Source of the DNA: Peribolospora baueri
Lineage: Eukaryota
Assembly: GCA_029717555.1 (NCBI GenBank)
Contig: JAMDHS010000003.1
Coordinates: 186,001 to 250,000, forward strand
Direction: 5' to 3'
DNA length: 64,000 nucleotides
The notes under the pieces are model-generated. The model did not search any database and was not told the DNA's origin. It worked only from the letters and a program-made list of their open reading frames with translations. How positions within the stretch are numbered: position 1 is the stretch's first letter; every line of letters begins with the position of its first letter. This document shows positions 11,895 through 23,052 of this stretch, piece by piece. The translations under genes and the position numbers were made by a program.

Positions 11895-14245
11895 ATGACA
11901 GACCCTTCCTCCTCCTCGCCGTCCACCTCCGCCCCCATCTCCTCCTCCTCTCGTTCCTCCCTCTCCGACGACCACCACCGCAAGATCACCCTCCTCCAGC
12001 GCCCTCGCTCCAGCGACCGCGACTCCGAGGCCACCACCTTGCCCTCCTCCCCGCTCACCCGCACCCCTTCCCCCAAGCCATCCAGCTCTGTCCGCAGCGC
12101 CTCCCCCCCAGTCGACGCCGACGCCGACGCAGACGTAGAAGCAGACGCAGGCGCAAGCGCCGATGCGGACACAACCCGATTGCAAGCGTCCCTCTCCTAT
12201 CTCAACATCGCCTCCCGCACCGACGCCCCCTCCTCGCGCCAACCGTCCACGGCCAGCTCGGAGAGCGGCGCCGGCGTCGACTCGGACGAGTCCCTCCTCG
12301 CCGCCCTACGCAGCTCCAAGGACCGCATCTTCGTTCTCAAGGTGGAGATGGAGATGGAGGTCTTTGTCAAGGATACCTCGTGCGTATTATTCTCTTTCCT
12401 TTCTTCAAGCCTGGCTTTGGACCCACGAGCTCGTTTTTCTTCCCGCTGTTCTTTTTTCTTTGAACCACGTGCTCATCCTACCTTGGGACCACATGCCCAC
12501 GCCTCTGCTTCCTCAACGTCCCCATTCATGAACTATTTAGTCGTTCCCAGATCGACCTGCCCATGATGAACTCGTACCAACGCCTCCTGGTGAGCCTCCC
12601 CTCCCCATCCCCGCTTCTTCCTTCTTCCGCACGTCTCGCTCACCCACCCTTCCATTGTCGCCACCGTCGCCCTCCTTCCCTTCCGCCCCTTTGTCCAGGT
12701 CCATCGCTGTGCCACGCGCTTCAATCTAGGGCACGAGGTCGACGGCGTGACCAAAACCATGACGCTCATCAGGCAGCCTGACAGTAAGATGTACGTCCCT
12801 CTCCTAGTCTCGTCGTCCAACACGGGGATGGTTCTTTATCGTTCCCCTCTCCTCCCTTCATTCTCTTCAGCCCGGACGTCCGATTGGGAGATTTGGTCGA
12901 GAAACCCGCGGAAGAGGCGCCTCCGTCTGCGCCCATGTTCAAGATCATGCGAAGATCTGCCGCGGAGCGCGCCGAGAGGAACAGCTCCCGAGGGTCCTCC
13001 GTGGACGGAACGGGGCCCAAGGACAGGAAACACATGACGATCGAGGAGCGAGAGGCCGCCTACCAGGAAGCCAGGTCCAGGATCTTCCACGGCTTCGAGG
13101 GCAAGGAGAAGGAGCGAGACAAGGCCAAGGAGGACAAGGACAAGGAAAAGGACATGGCCTCCATCACGTCCACCAGTTCGGCCGCCAGCGCCGCCTCGAG
13201 CGCCAGCGGCTCCGACCCCGGCGGTTCGTCCAGGCGCTGGTCGGAAAGGAGGTCCAACGGCGGCCCCTGGGGCCCCAATTCCCTCCGCCCTTCCGCGCCT
13301 TCCTTCGACCCGTCCCTCATGCCCTTCCAGTTCGACCCGGCCGGACCCTCGTCCAGCCCGGATTTTTACCGAGGACTGCCGCCGTGCCCATCGCCTTTCC
13401 TGACCCCGCCTCTCCAGCAGCACCATCCTCATGGCCCGCCATCGGCTTCGGCTTCGGCCTTACCCAACGGCGCCGCCGTTGCCGTCGCCGCCCCACCCTA
13501 CCCTTATCCCGGCTTGCCGTACCAGATATCCCCGGCGCATCCGAGCGCCACATACTCGCAGCCCTCTCCCGGCGGCGGCGGCGGTCATTGGGGCCAGACT
13601 GGCGCCGCTGCTCTCGCCCACCCCCCCGCCTTCCAGAACCAGCCCACGGCGGCGGCGCCGTACGGCAACGCCCTTTTTCAGCACGCCCCATCGTACGCCG
13701 CGGCGGTCCCCTTTGGCGGAGGCTTCCCCCCTCTCGCCGTTCCTCCGTCCAACAACGGCTTCCCATCCAACTCGATGGCCGTCCCCTATTCCTCCTTCGG
13801 TGGCGGCGGCGGCGGTGGCGGTGGCGGTATGCAGCGCAGCCCCACCGCCTCTTCCGCCTCCTCAACCTCGTCCAAGTCCTCCCGCCCACCACCACCCCGA
13901 TTTCCCCCCGTACCTCAACCCGGCCTTCACTCGCTACCCGCTCGCCCCGATTGGGCGATCGGACTCATGCCCCCGCCCCCTTCCACCTCGACGACCGCCG
14001 GTGCGGGTGCGGCTGCGACAACGACGGTCAGACAACCGGCCGCCAGTAACAGTACGACCACCGGCACGACCAACGCAAACGCAATCGCAAACACCACCAC
14101 CCCGTCGTCGTCGTCGTCGGCACCATCGCCGGTGAGGTTGGAGGGAGGAGGAACGCAGGAAGGCGATGGCGCGGAGGGAGGGGGAGGGGGAGGGAGTAGG
14201 GAGGACGTGTCGGAGAGGAAGAAGATAGGCGCCGGTATCACGTAG
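11895..14245 (+). CDS. R3H + SUZ domain RNA-binding protein (Rbs1/encore/R3HDM-like) with a low-complexity C-terminus
   Basis: LLAALRSSKDRIFVLKVEMEME, R3H motif LPMMNSYQRLL/VHRCATRFNLGH, SUZ motifs FKIMRR and MTIEEREAAYQEARSRIF, followed by a P/G/S/A-rich tail. Confidence 0.85.
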
Positions 14246-14411
14246 GGTAGACATTGCTGCTTTTCGCCCCTTTGAACGATAGACTTTTCCCCATCTTCCT
14301 TGGGACACATCCGTCCGTCCGTCCGTCCATCCATGTCATCCATGTCATTCATTCTTCATCCACGCCCCTCATCCATACACACATACACACACACGTACAT
14401 ACATACGCTCC

Positions 14412-14458
14412 TCTCGTCTCGTCTCGTCTCGTGTCATCTCGTCTCGTCTCGTCTCGTC
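14412..14458. repeat. (GTCTC)n microsatellite
   Basis: Tandem tctcg units downstream of the R3H gene. Confidence 0.8.
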
Positions 14459-14905
14459 GCTGTATCATGACACGCCGTCGAGCAGGGCATCGAACACCGA
14501 ACCATCGTCACGCATTTTTCACTTTCTTTTCCCTTTCTCTTTCTCTTTCCCGCCGCCCCGCCCCGCCCCGCCACTGCCGGAGGCGGCGTACGCGTACCGA
14601 CGACGTACGGACGGATGGACGGATGGACGGACGGAGCGATCAGAGCGGCAGTCCGAATAGCGAGTGTCCCATGGCTCCGATGAGAGGGTATACCATAACC
14701 GTATCCACATGACAAAAACACACAACTCGTCCACCCCTCCTGTCTACGTGCGACGGACATCCAAGGTGGGGATTAAGAAAGAAGAAAACAAAAAGGCCTG
14801 GCGGCGAAGAGAGAAGCGGGCGAGTGGGCCCGGTAGTAGTAAGGCGAGGCGATGAGGCCCATCGCCGTTGCCTGGAGGTGGTGATCCTGAGAAGCCGCGC
14901 TGGCG

Positions 14906-17039
14906 CTACGTACAGCAGCATGTCGAAACCGCGCCTAGCCCTACCAAGGCGGCTACGCAGATGCCCAATCCATATTGCGTAGCGGAGCTTGTGGAGAATG
15001 AATTCGCCAGCGACTTCGATGGAGGCGGCGGTCGGGCGACGTTGGCGGTCAACTCGGTCCAGATGACCGGGAAGATGACGACGCAGGCCGTGTAAAAGAC
15101 GAGCACTGATCGCCAGAGGAGGGAGGGGTAGGAAAGGACGGAGGGGCGGCGCATCACTGTTGCTGGACGTGACGATAATGGGTGAGGTTTGCCTGTCGTC
15201 GCGCAAGTTGGAGACTGTGACGACGTGAGGACGGGCCGAGGGTGTGTGAAGAGGGCGTAGATGGCGTAGACGGCTACGGCGAAGAAGTGGGAGACGAGGA
15301 GCAGCGGGCTGGGCGCAAGACTGGTCGCGAGGATGCGACGAAAAAAGCGTGAGTAGGAGCGAGAGGGAATTTCCCACACGACGGGAGCGAAGGTAAACAT
15401 GAGAAGAGAATCGCGCTCACCCGGAGAGCAGCCTTATCGGCCCTCCAACGCACTCGCCGCCGAGCTCAAAGTACTTGAAGCAGCCTTCTCGGAGAACCTC
15501 GAGGTTCTCGTCTTTGATACGGGCGCGGCGAAAAAGGAGCGCGTTCAGCACCGTTGTCCTACCCTAGGTAGCGGCAAGATGCGACAGACTGTCTCACTCA
15601 CCGTCGGCACCGAAAAGGCTGTACAGAGCCTGAGCAAGAATATTGATGACGCTGCTGAGCCGTTTCCGTTTCCAGTGCCATTGCGCCAGTTTGGGTCGGA
15701 GAGCGCGCCAGTCGAGGAGGTCGGGCGTGTTGGAGGGTCGAAGGATGTCGGTGAGGAAGACGCAATCGGAGAGACCGACGGACATGCCCCCTGGCATAAA
15801 AGAAAGGGCAGAGCGAATCAGCGCCGGGTCACACCTGGGCTGCACAAAAAGAAGAGGATGAACGCACCTCCGGTGAGAGGATGGCGCATGTTCATCGCAT
15901 CGCCCACGACGATCACGCCCTCCTTGCTCTTTCCCTGCATACTCGGAGGCAAGAACGAGTTGGGCATACTCCGTAGTCGGTTGTTCTCCAAGGCGTCCAA
16001 AACAGAGGCATGCAGGGCGGATGGCAACCCCGGCACGACGTTCCTCTGGATGTAGGCCTGCGAATGCGAGCAAGAGATGAGGCGCGACCCTTTACTTTAA
16101 TGAGATAATCCCGCGTGCGATCCTAGCAAGCGAAAGAACGGGATAAAGGGTATGACAGATTGGTGGCTAACTCACCTTGAGATCCCCGTTCCCTGCGCTG
16201 GGCAACTTGCCGGGCACGTCCATCAATATCCGGGTATCCCTCTGTCCGATTTGATAGAGTAAAACGGGGCCAGGCCCTCCCAAGATGACGTGACCGTGCC
16301 GAGGGGCGGGGAGAGGCGCGTCCTTGAGGACGAGGCCGACAAAGTTGGACCGCACGGTGGGCTTGAGAGAACCGAGCTTAGAGCGGAATGAAGAGAAGCA
16401 GCCGTCGGCGACGATCGTGACGGAGGCGAGGTGGGTGGACGTAGTAGACGAGGTCTCCGTGGCCGCAGGAGCCGAAGACGGAGAAGGGACATTGCTCCTG
16501 ACTACCGCACCCAGAACCCGTCCGGTTTGTGGGTCCTCCACGAGCTCTTTGACAGTACCCTCAAGCCACTCGACGCTAACGCACGCCTTTGCCCGATCTC
16601 TCAACGCCATGACAAACTTGCCATGGTGGAAGCTCCTCCCCTCCCGGAGGCCGCTGCAGCTCTTCACGCCTGTACCTTTCTCCTCGTCCGTCTCGACGGG
16701 GTATCGGATGGGAACGGCCCTGCCCTGATAGAAGCACTGATACCCCTCCACGGGCACGGCGTCGATCCCCTCCAAACAGTCGAGCAGTCCGAGCTTTCGC
16801 AGCGCGCGAACGCCGCCCGGTTGAAGGAGCTCTCCTACGATGCGGTCCGGCTCGGAGAAGTTGCGCTCGACGAGGAGGACGCGCAGGCCGGCGTGGCCGA
16901 GCGAGTGGGCGAGCGCGGAGCCCACGACGCCGGCGCCGACGATGAGAATGTCGTGCGAGGCAGTCATCGGAGGAGGAGTCGGGGTGGTGGTGGTGACGAC
17001 GAGGGCCGCTTGCTTGACGACCTTCCGTGCCCTTTCCAT
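14906..17039 (-). CDS. ERG1: Squalene epoxidase (monooxygenase); start at 17039 or 16967
   Basis: FAD motif DILIVGAGVVG; EPDRIVGELLQPGG; EGRSFHHGKFV; TIVADGCFS; GPVLLYQIG; LRSMPNSFLP; GDAMNMRHPLTGGGM; WHWKRK...VINILAQALYSLF; CFKYFELGG; HFFAVAVYAI; FYTACVVIFP. Confidence 0.95.
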
Positions 17040-17096
17040 GTCGTTTCGAGTCTCAGCATCAGCATCAGCCGGAAGACGTTCTCCACGGCTCGACGC

Positions 17097-17152
17097 TTTA
17101 TATCCGCTCTTTGGCGCTCATCTCCGCTCCGGACCGGCGATCATCAGGTGAT
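17097..17152 (-). promoter_or_regulatory. Candidate TATA box and SRE-like element of ERG1
   Basis: TATAAA on the minus strand at 17097-17102; ATCAGGTGAT at 17143-17152 resembles fungal SREBP-type ATCAnnnGAT sites. Confidence 0.35.
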
Positions 17153-17209
17153 GTTAGCACATGACGACGACGACGACAGCGACGACGACGACTGGGAACT
17201 CATCACAAC

Positions 17210-19021
17210 ATGGTGAGCAGAAGAAAGGAAATGAGAGCAGGCGGCCTAGGACGACCACAGCGCCCTGACGCTGCACCCTTTGTTTCTGTTTGCTGGCCAT
17301 GACCGAAAGCACGGAGTCAAGCGGGTCCGCACGACGCGCGAGGCCCGCGAGGCAAAGAAGCAGAAGGAGGCGGTTAAGCTGAAGGAGTATCTCGGCATCG
17401 TGGATGAGTTCTTCAAACGGGTCAGTTGGGCTATCCGTTCATCGGTGGACGGCGGTGGATGAGCGGACTTGCATCATGGCCCACCCACCGTCGTCGCTGC
17501 TGCACTCCGGCTGCCCAGCTGCTGCTCGCTCACGCACCTGCTAGCTTGCCTTTCCGTACCTCTCCACGATCCAGCGAGAAGCGCAGGACTACTCTCTGGG
17601 CGCCCTCGAGCTCACCTCGAAGCTTCTAGGCCTCAACCCGGAATTTTATACCGTCTGGAACTACCGACGGACGATTTTTGTCGAGGGCCTGTTTAGAGAT
17701 GTGTGAGTGCCTCGCCGTGCGTCGTCGCGCCCACGCTCTCGTCAAAGAAGACTCTGTCCTTTCTTCCCGCACCCTCTTTACATCTCCGTGCTCGCTTTCA
17801 CAGCCCGTCAGAAACCATCCAAAACTATCTCGAGTCCGACTTGCACCTGACCGAGGCGGCGCTCAAGCCGTTCCCGAAGGTGTACTGGATTTGGAACCAC
17901 CGGCAGTGGTGTCTCGAGAGCATGCCCGAGCCCAAGTGGAAGGGTGAGATGGAGCTGGTGGACCGGATGCTGGGTTATGATCCGAGGAACTGTGAGTTGC
18001 CGTACCGTTCCTTCTCCTCTTCTACCCTCCGCTTCGGACACGCACGCTGATAGGTGCCGCCGGGCCGGTCTCCAAAGTTCACGGCTGGGACTACCGGCGC
18101 TACGTTCTCCGCCGCCTCTCCCTTTCTACTACGACACCGCCTAATCCCACCTCCCTTTCTCTGGACCTCAAAGAGCTCGACTACACGACACGAAAGATTG
18201 AGAGCAATTTTTCCAACTTTTCCGCGTGGCATCAGAGGACAAAGTTGTTACGGAGGATTTGGAAGGAGAAAGGGTGGGGAGAGGAGGAGGTGAGGAGGGA
18301 GAAGGATAAGGGTGGGTTAGCGGGTGGCGAGGTGGATAGCGTTCGAGCCCCATCGTGTCACTAACTGCCTCCTTCTCGACGAGTAGAGTTTGAACTGGTC
18401 AAACAAGCGATGTATACCGATCCGAACGACCAGAGCGTGTGGATCTATCATCGCTGGCTGATTGGCAAAGGTGGGCCCCTTCGTTTTTTCGTCAAGCTCG
18501 CCATCCGTACCTGACCTTTTCGTTTGTCTTCCCTCCGCACACCTCCCTTTGACCTTTATGACGCCGCACATTGAAAAAAAGGAAAAGACGAAACGGTACT
18601 ACGACGCGAAATCGCCATAATCTCGGATCTGTTCGAACTCGAGCCGGATAGCAAATGTGAGCTAGCCACCTACCGCTGCGCTCTCCATTGTTGTATCACT
18701 GCTCCTGACCTCGATCGATTGATCGATTGTGCGCCGCCCCGAAACGAAACGAAACGAAAACGAAAAGGGTGTCTTCAATCCTTAGCGCACTACAAGGCTC
18801 TCCTTCGGCAACACCTTCTCTCCTCTGTCTCTGTCGACGGGCTGTCATCGGAAGCGACTGCGACGGCGACACCTACACCGACACCGGAAGGAGCAGAGAC
18901 AGAGGCGACGCGGTTGCAGAGGGAGCGAGAGGAGGCGCTGACGAGGCTCGTGGAGATTGATCCGATGAGGGCGGACCGGTATCGCGATCTCTTCTCCCGC
19001 TCTGATGCCACGACCGTGTAG
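17210..19021 (+). CDS. BET4: Rab geranylgeranyltransferase (GGTase II) alpha subunit
   Basis: ATG-only first coding exon then [107 protein letters not shown] (prenyltransferase alpha repeats). Confidence 0.93.
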
Positions 19022-19104
19022 GCAGGCGTGTTCGTATCGTTCCCTACCGTGCGGTTTCTCGACTCCCTTTCCCGTTCCTAGACGATCGGATCGATCCCGC
19101 AAGA

Positions 19105-19107
<3 letters not shown>

Positions 19108-19150
<43 letters not shown>
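19108..19150 (+). repeat. Poly(A) tract of about 43 nt
   Basis: Uninterrupted A run just downstream of the BET4 stop codon. Confidence 0.9.
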
Positions 19151-19152
<2 letters not shown>

Positions 19153-19849
19153 GGAAAGAACGTCCATTACAAGCATCACCCGGGTCGCCCACGTCGCTCG
19201 CCTCGCCTATCTGCATACATGATGCGAGCGAAGAGGTATGGAGAGAGGATACGGGGAGAGGGATATCCGACCAAAATGTCCGCGCGCGGGCGCGTCCGTG
19301 ACTACGAAGACGATGATGACAAGCGATGGGAAACGGCGAAACCAAATCGGAACAACGAAGCAAAGGATGGGCGAGAGAACGAGGAGCGTGGGAGAGAAGC
19401 CGTATATGAAAGGCCGAACGGATGAAACCAAAATGGTGCGGCACACGAGACGAGCGAAGGGATGAACACGACGCGATGCGACGAGAAAGTACAACGTTTT
19501 GGACGAACGTGACAGATGCGAGCGAGAGGCTTCTCTGGCCGAGACTTGATGGAATACAGAAGACGAGAAAAGGGATCTTCCGGTCGGCGGCTGGCCATGC
19601 GGGACGGAACGACGGGAAAGAAGGGGACAAAAGGTCCATGGCGTGATGGAGTGGAGCGAACGAAAAACCGAACGGACGGTGAGGGCGCATTACGAAAGGG
19701 AAACGGAAAGGTCGGTGTCCGCGACAAGGGTCGTGCTGGCGTGTTGGAAAGTCAAAAGCGGACCCGTCGGGAATGCCAGGAAGAAAAAAACAAAGGGGGG
19801 TACCTTTTGTTCCAGTCTTGACGACGGCGAGAGGACCGGACTGGCGCGC

Positions 19850-22547
19850 TCACGCATCGTCGCGGGCCAAGCGGAGGTCTCGGCGGACAGAAGGCGGCGC
19901 GGCGGGTGCAAGTGCGGCGGCGGGGGTGCGCTTCTTCGGCCCGGCAGCGGCGGTGTTGCAGCTCCACGGCAGCTGCACGGTGGGCGAGTAGACGCTCGTG
20001 GTGGGGTACGGGCACCCGTTGATAGTGACAAAGGTGGAGGCCGTGTCGGACGTGTCTAACCAGCCCTTGTCGGTGACCGTCGGCGAGGGCTGGCCCTGGA
20101 CAGTCATGGAGGGCGTCGACGGAGGAAGCGTGTAGAGCTCTCCGCCGCGGGTGAGGTACGGCAGCTGGACGACGGGGACACCGGCGCTGGAGAGCGACTG
20201 CGGGGGCCAATTAGCGGCCAACGAGGCACTCTGCGACGCGACAAGCGTACCGGCGCCGGCGCCGCCGGTCTGCCAAGTCGAATACGAGCCATCCCAGGCG
20301 ACAGAGGCGACAGAAGTGCCCTGAGCGGCGGCCTGGACGTCGCACTGGCCGATGGCCTGACGAGGGTCCGTGGGCATCCAGCCGTTCTCGAGACCGAGTG
20401 AGTAGCTCCAGAACGGGTTGACGGACGCGGAGGTCTTGGTCGAGTTTCCGATTTTCCAGGTCCAGAAGAACCAGTTGTGAAGGGCGTCCATGCTCGTCAT
20501 GGCAAACGTCTTGACGCCATTCTTCATGTCCGAGCTCCAGTTCTGCCAGTTGTCGAACTGGGCGCAGCTGCCCACCGCCTTGCCCTGATAGCCAGTGTAC
20601 GTGCCTTCGTAGCGGTTGCCGAGGCCGACGCCGTTCACGTACTCGCCGCAGTCATTGATGGCGTTGGAGAACTCGCCGGCGAAGCCGGTGCCGAACGCGT
20701 TCATGGACGAGTTCATCCACCCGGCCCACGTGTTGCACGGTTTGAGCCACTGCGTCGGCCATGGGTCGTTGTTCTGTTGATCGAAGCAGCTAAAAAAAAA
20801 GGAGGAGACGGTCTCATCAGTTACCGGCGACATCGGTCGGCACCGACCACCGAACGACTCACACGTAAGGATGGGTATCGAGGGTCATCCGGTCGGCGCC
20901 GGTCATGAAGCCAGCCCAGCTCCTCTGACCGATGAAGCCGTCATGAATGGAGATATATGGGCCGTTGCCGGAGCCGACGCCGGTGACGTTGCGGATCGTC
21001 TCGTAGGCCTCGAGGTAGAAAGCTTGGACGTTGGTCTGGCCGATGGTGGGAACGTAAGCTTCATTGACGATGCCAAACACCTGTACCACGTCCCTCCACG
21101 CCGGCTGGCTGATGAACTCGGTGATGATACGCAGGTAATCGAGCGTGCGCTGCGCGTTGGCGTAGCCGAGCGGACCGGCGAGCCAGTTGATGATGCCCAG
21201 CTTGCCGCTGTGGTTCCAGCCGTTCTGGCTGCCCGGCACGGCGTGCAGGTCAAGGTTGACGCGGATGCCGTACTTGCGAGCCCAGGTAAAGGCGCGGACG
21301 ATGTACTTCCACGAGACGTGCTCGAGGAACGGCTCGCCGGGCCAGGTGCTGACGGCCCAAAAGGGGATGGGGATGCGGACCCAGTTGAGTCCGGCGCCGG
21401 CGATCTTGGCAAAGTCCTCCTCCGTCTGTCGACCCGCGAGCAAAGATTTTGAGGATTCGTGAGCGTCGTTGCCGCACTCGCCGGACGGACGGGCGCATGC
21501 ATGCATGCGTAATGCATATACGCCGAGCAAGAACGACTCACGATGAAGGTGTCATAGTGGTGCTCCATCACCGTGGGGTAGTTGTTGCCGAGCTTGAGGG
21601 CGAGCGTATACTCATCGACGGCCGGGTTGGTGTCGTTTTCGAACGGCTCGAACAGGCTCGGGGCGATGAAGGGCTCTGGGACGAACCAACCTCCGAGGTT
21701 GACGCCGAAGATGCGGTTGGAAGACCAGTCCCAGGTCGCGTTGAGAGGGGGAGTCCAGCTGTTGGGGCGGGCAGAGTTGTCGTACGGGTCGCTGGCCCAG
21801 TAGCCTCCGAAAGGGTTCTTGTAAGTGAAGGAGGAACCGTCGGCGAGGAGAACTTGCGAACCGTCGCCGCCCATGGTAGCATACGTCGCCTGGGGTCCGG
21901 GGGCGTTGCTGCCGGAACTGGGAGCGCCGTGGTCGGGCGAGGAGGAGCCGACGCCGTTCTTGTTGAGCCTGAAGTAGACAGGCACGACGATGATGATGAC
22001 CAAGAGAGCGATACCGGCCGTCACGGCGGCCATGATCCACCACTTGCGATTTCGGCGGTCCAGCCCTCTTCCGGAACCGTACGCGCCGGTAGAGGCGGCG
22101 GCGGCGGCGACGGCAGCGGTCCGGGCAGCGTCAGGGTCGTCATAGTACTTTTCCCCAGAGGCGTCACGGTAGCCGGCCCACTTCTGACCGTTGAGAGCAT
22201 AGGACGAGCCCTGGTCGCTGGGCGATTGGGCGAGGAAGGCGGAGCTGCCGCCCAAAGAGGAGGGTTCGGGGCCGGAGTGGGAGCGCTCTATGACCATGAA
22301 AGGGGAGAGGGGCGGGGGTAGGAGGGGCGTGTGAGTACCGCTGTGCCTGGCGGGCGACTCGGACCGCGAGTTGGATGCTGGGAGGTGAGTGGCAGTGGGG
22401 CCGGGTGAGGAAGGGGGTGAGGAGGTGGAGTAGCGGGCCGCCACGGGGAGGTAGGCCTGAGAGTGGGAGAAGAAAGGGAGGGTGAGCGCAACGAAGGAAA
22501 AGCGCAAGGGTGGGGTGAAGCAGACTTGCGTTAGCGGAGGACGACAT
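19850..22547 (-). CDS. Membrane-anchored glycoside hydrolase family 5 exo-beta-1,3-glucanase (GH5_9-like)
   Basis: Cytosolic N-terminus, TM helix WWIMAAVTAGIALLVIIIVVPVYF, then IFGVNLGGWFVPEPFIAP, DEYTL, HYDTFI/TEEDFAKIAGAGLNWVRIPIPFW, LDLHAVPGSQNGWNHSG, acid/base VNEA, DTHPY, nucleophile AGEFS and WFFWTWK. Confidence 0.9.
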
Positions 22548-22732
22548 GTCGGCTGTGGGCGTGCGAGGTGCCTAGAAGATGGGATGAAAGAGCAGGCTGG
22601 CTTGCTGGCGTTGCGTGGGGGACCGAGGAGGCGGGTCGTCCAGGTCGTCCAGGTCGTGAGGGAGACGTTGGGTGCGTGGAGGGTCGTGGGGATCGTGAGA
22701 GCGAAAGCGTTGAGCAGGGCGGGCGGAGGAAT

Positions 22733-22830
22733 GGCGAGGGGAACGAGAGGGAGGATGGTGGGATGGTGGAGGAGAAGGGCGAGGGGAACGAGAGGGAGGA
22801 TGGTGGGATGGTGGAGGAGAAGGGCGAGGG
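22733..22830. repeat. 45-bp tandem duplication (2 full copies plus a partial)
   Basis: ggcgaggggaacgagagggaggatggtgggatggtggaggagaag starts at 22733 and 22778, with a partial copy at 22823. Confidence 0.85.
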
Positions 22831-23052
22831 TGGCGGAGCGGGGAGAGATAAATGAAAGGGGAATCCAAGATAAGTCTAGTGCGAGCCGACGATGTGACTA
22901 TCAGACAGGCGACCCCGCGGCACGATCAACATCTACATCGTCCCGTCGTCACCTTCTTCCGCCCAGCCTCGAGCCTCGGCCGCCACCGTCCCATCACTCG
23001 GCTGAGGCGAAAACGCGCGCGAATGGGAACAAAGACGAGAAGGGGCGCCCGC

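Noticed and set aside
21058..21075. NEA instead of NEP at the GH5 acid/base motif as a sign of inactivation
   Set aside because: The catalytic Glu is retained, as is the nucleophile in AGEFS; the change is at a variable position.
22733..22830. Tandem 45-bp repeat as a CRISPR-like array
   Set aside because: No spacers, only two full copies, eukaryotic context and no cas genes.
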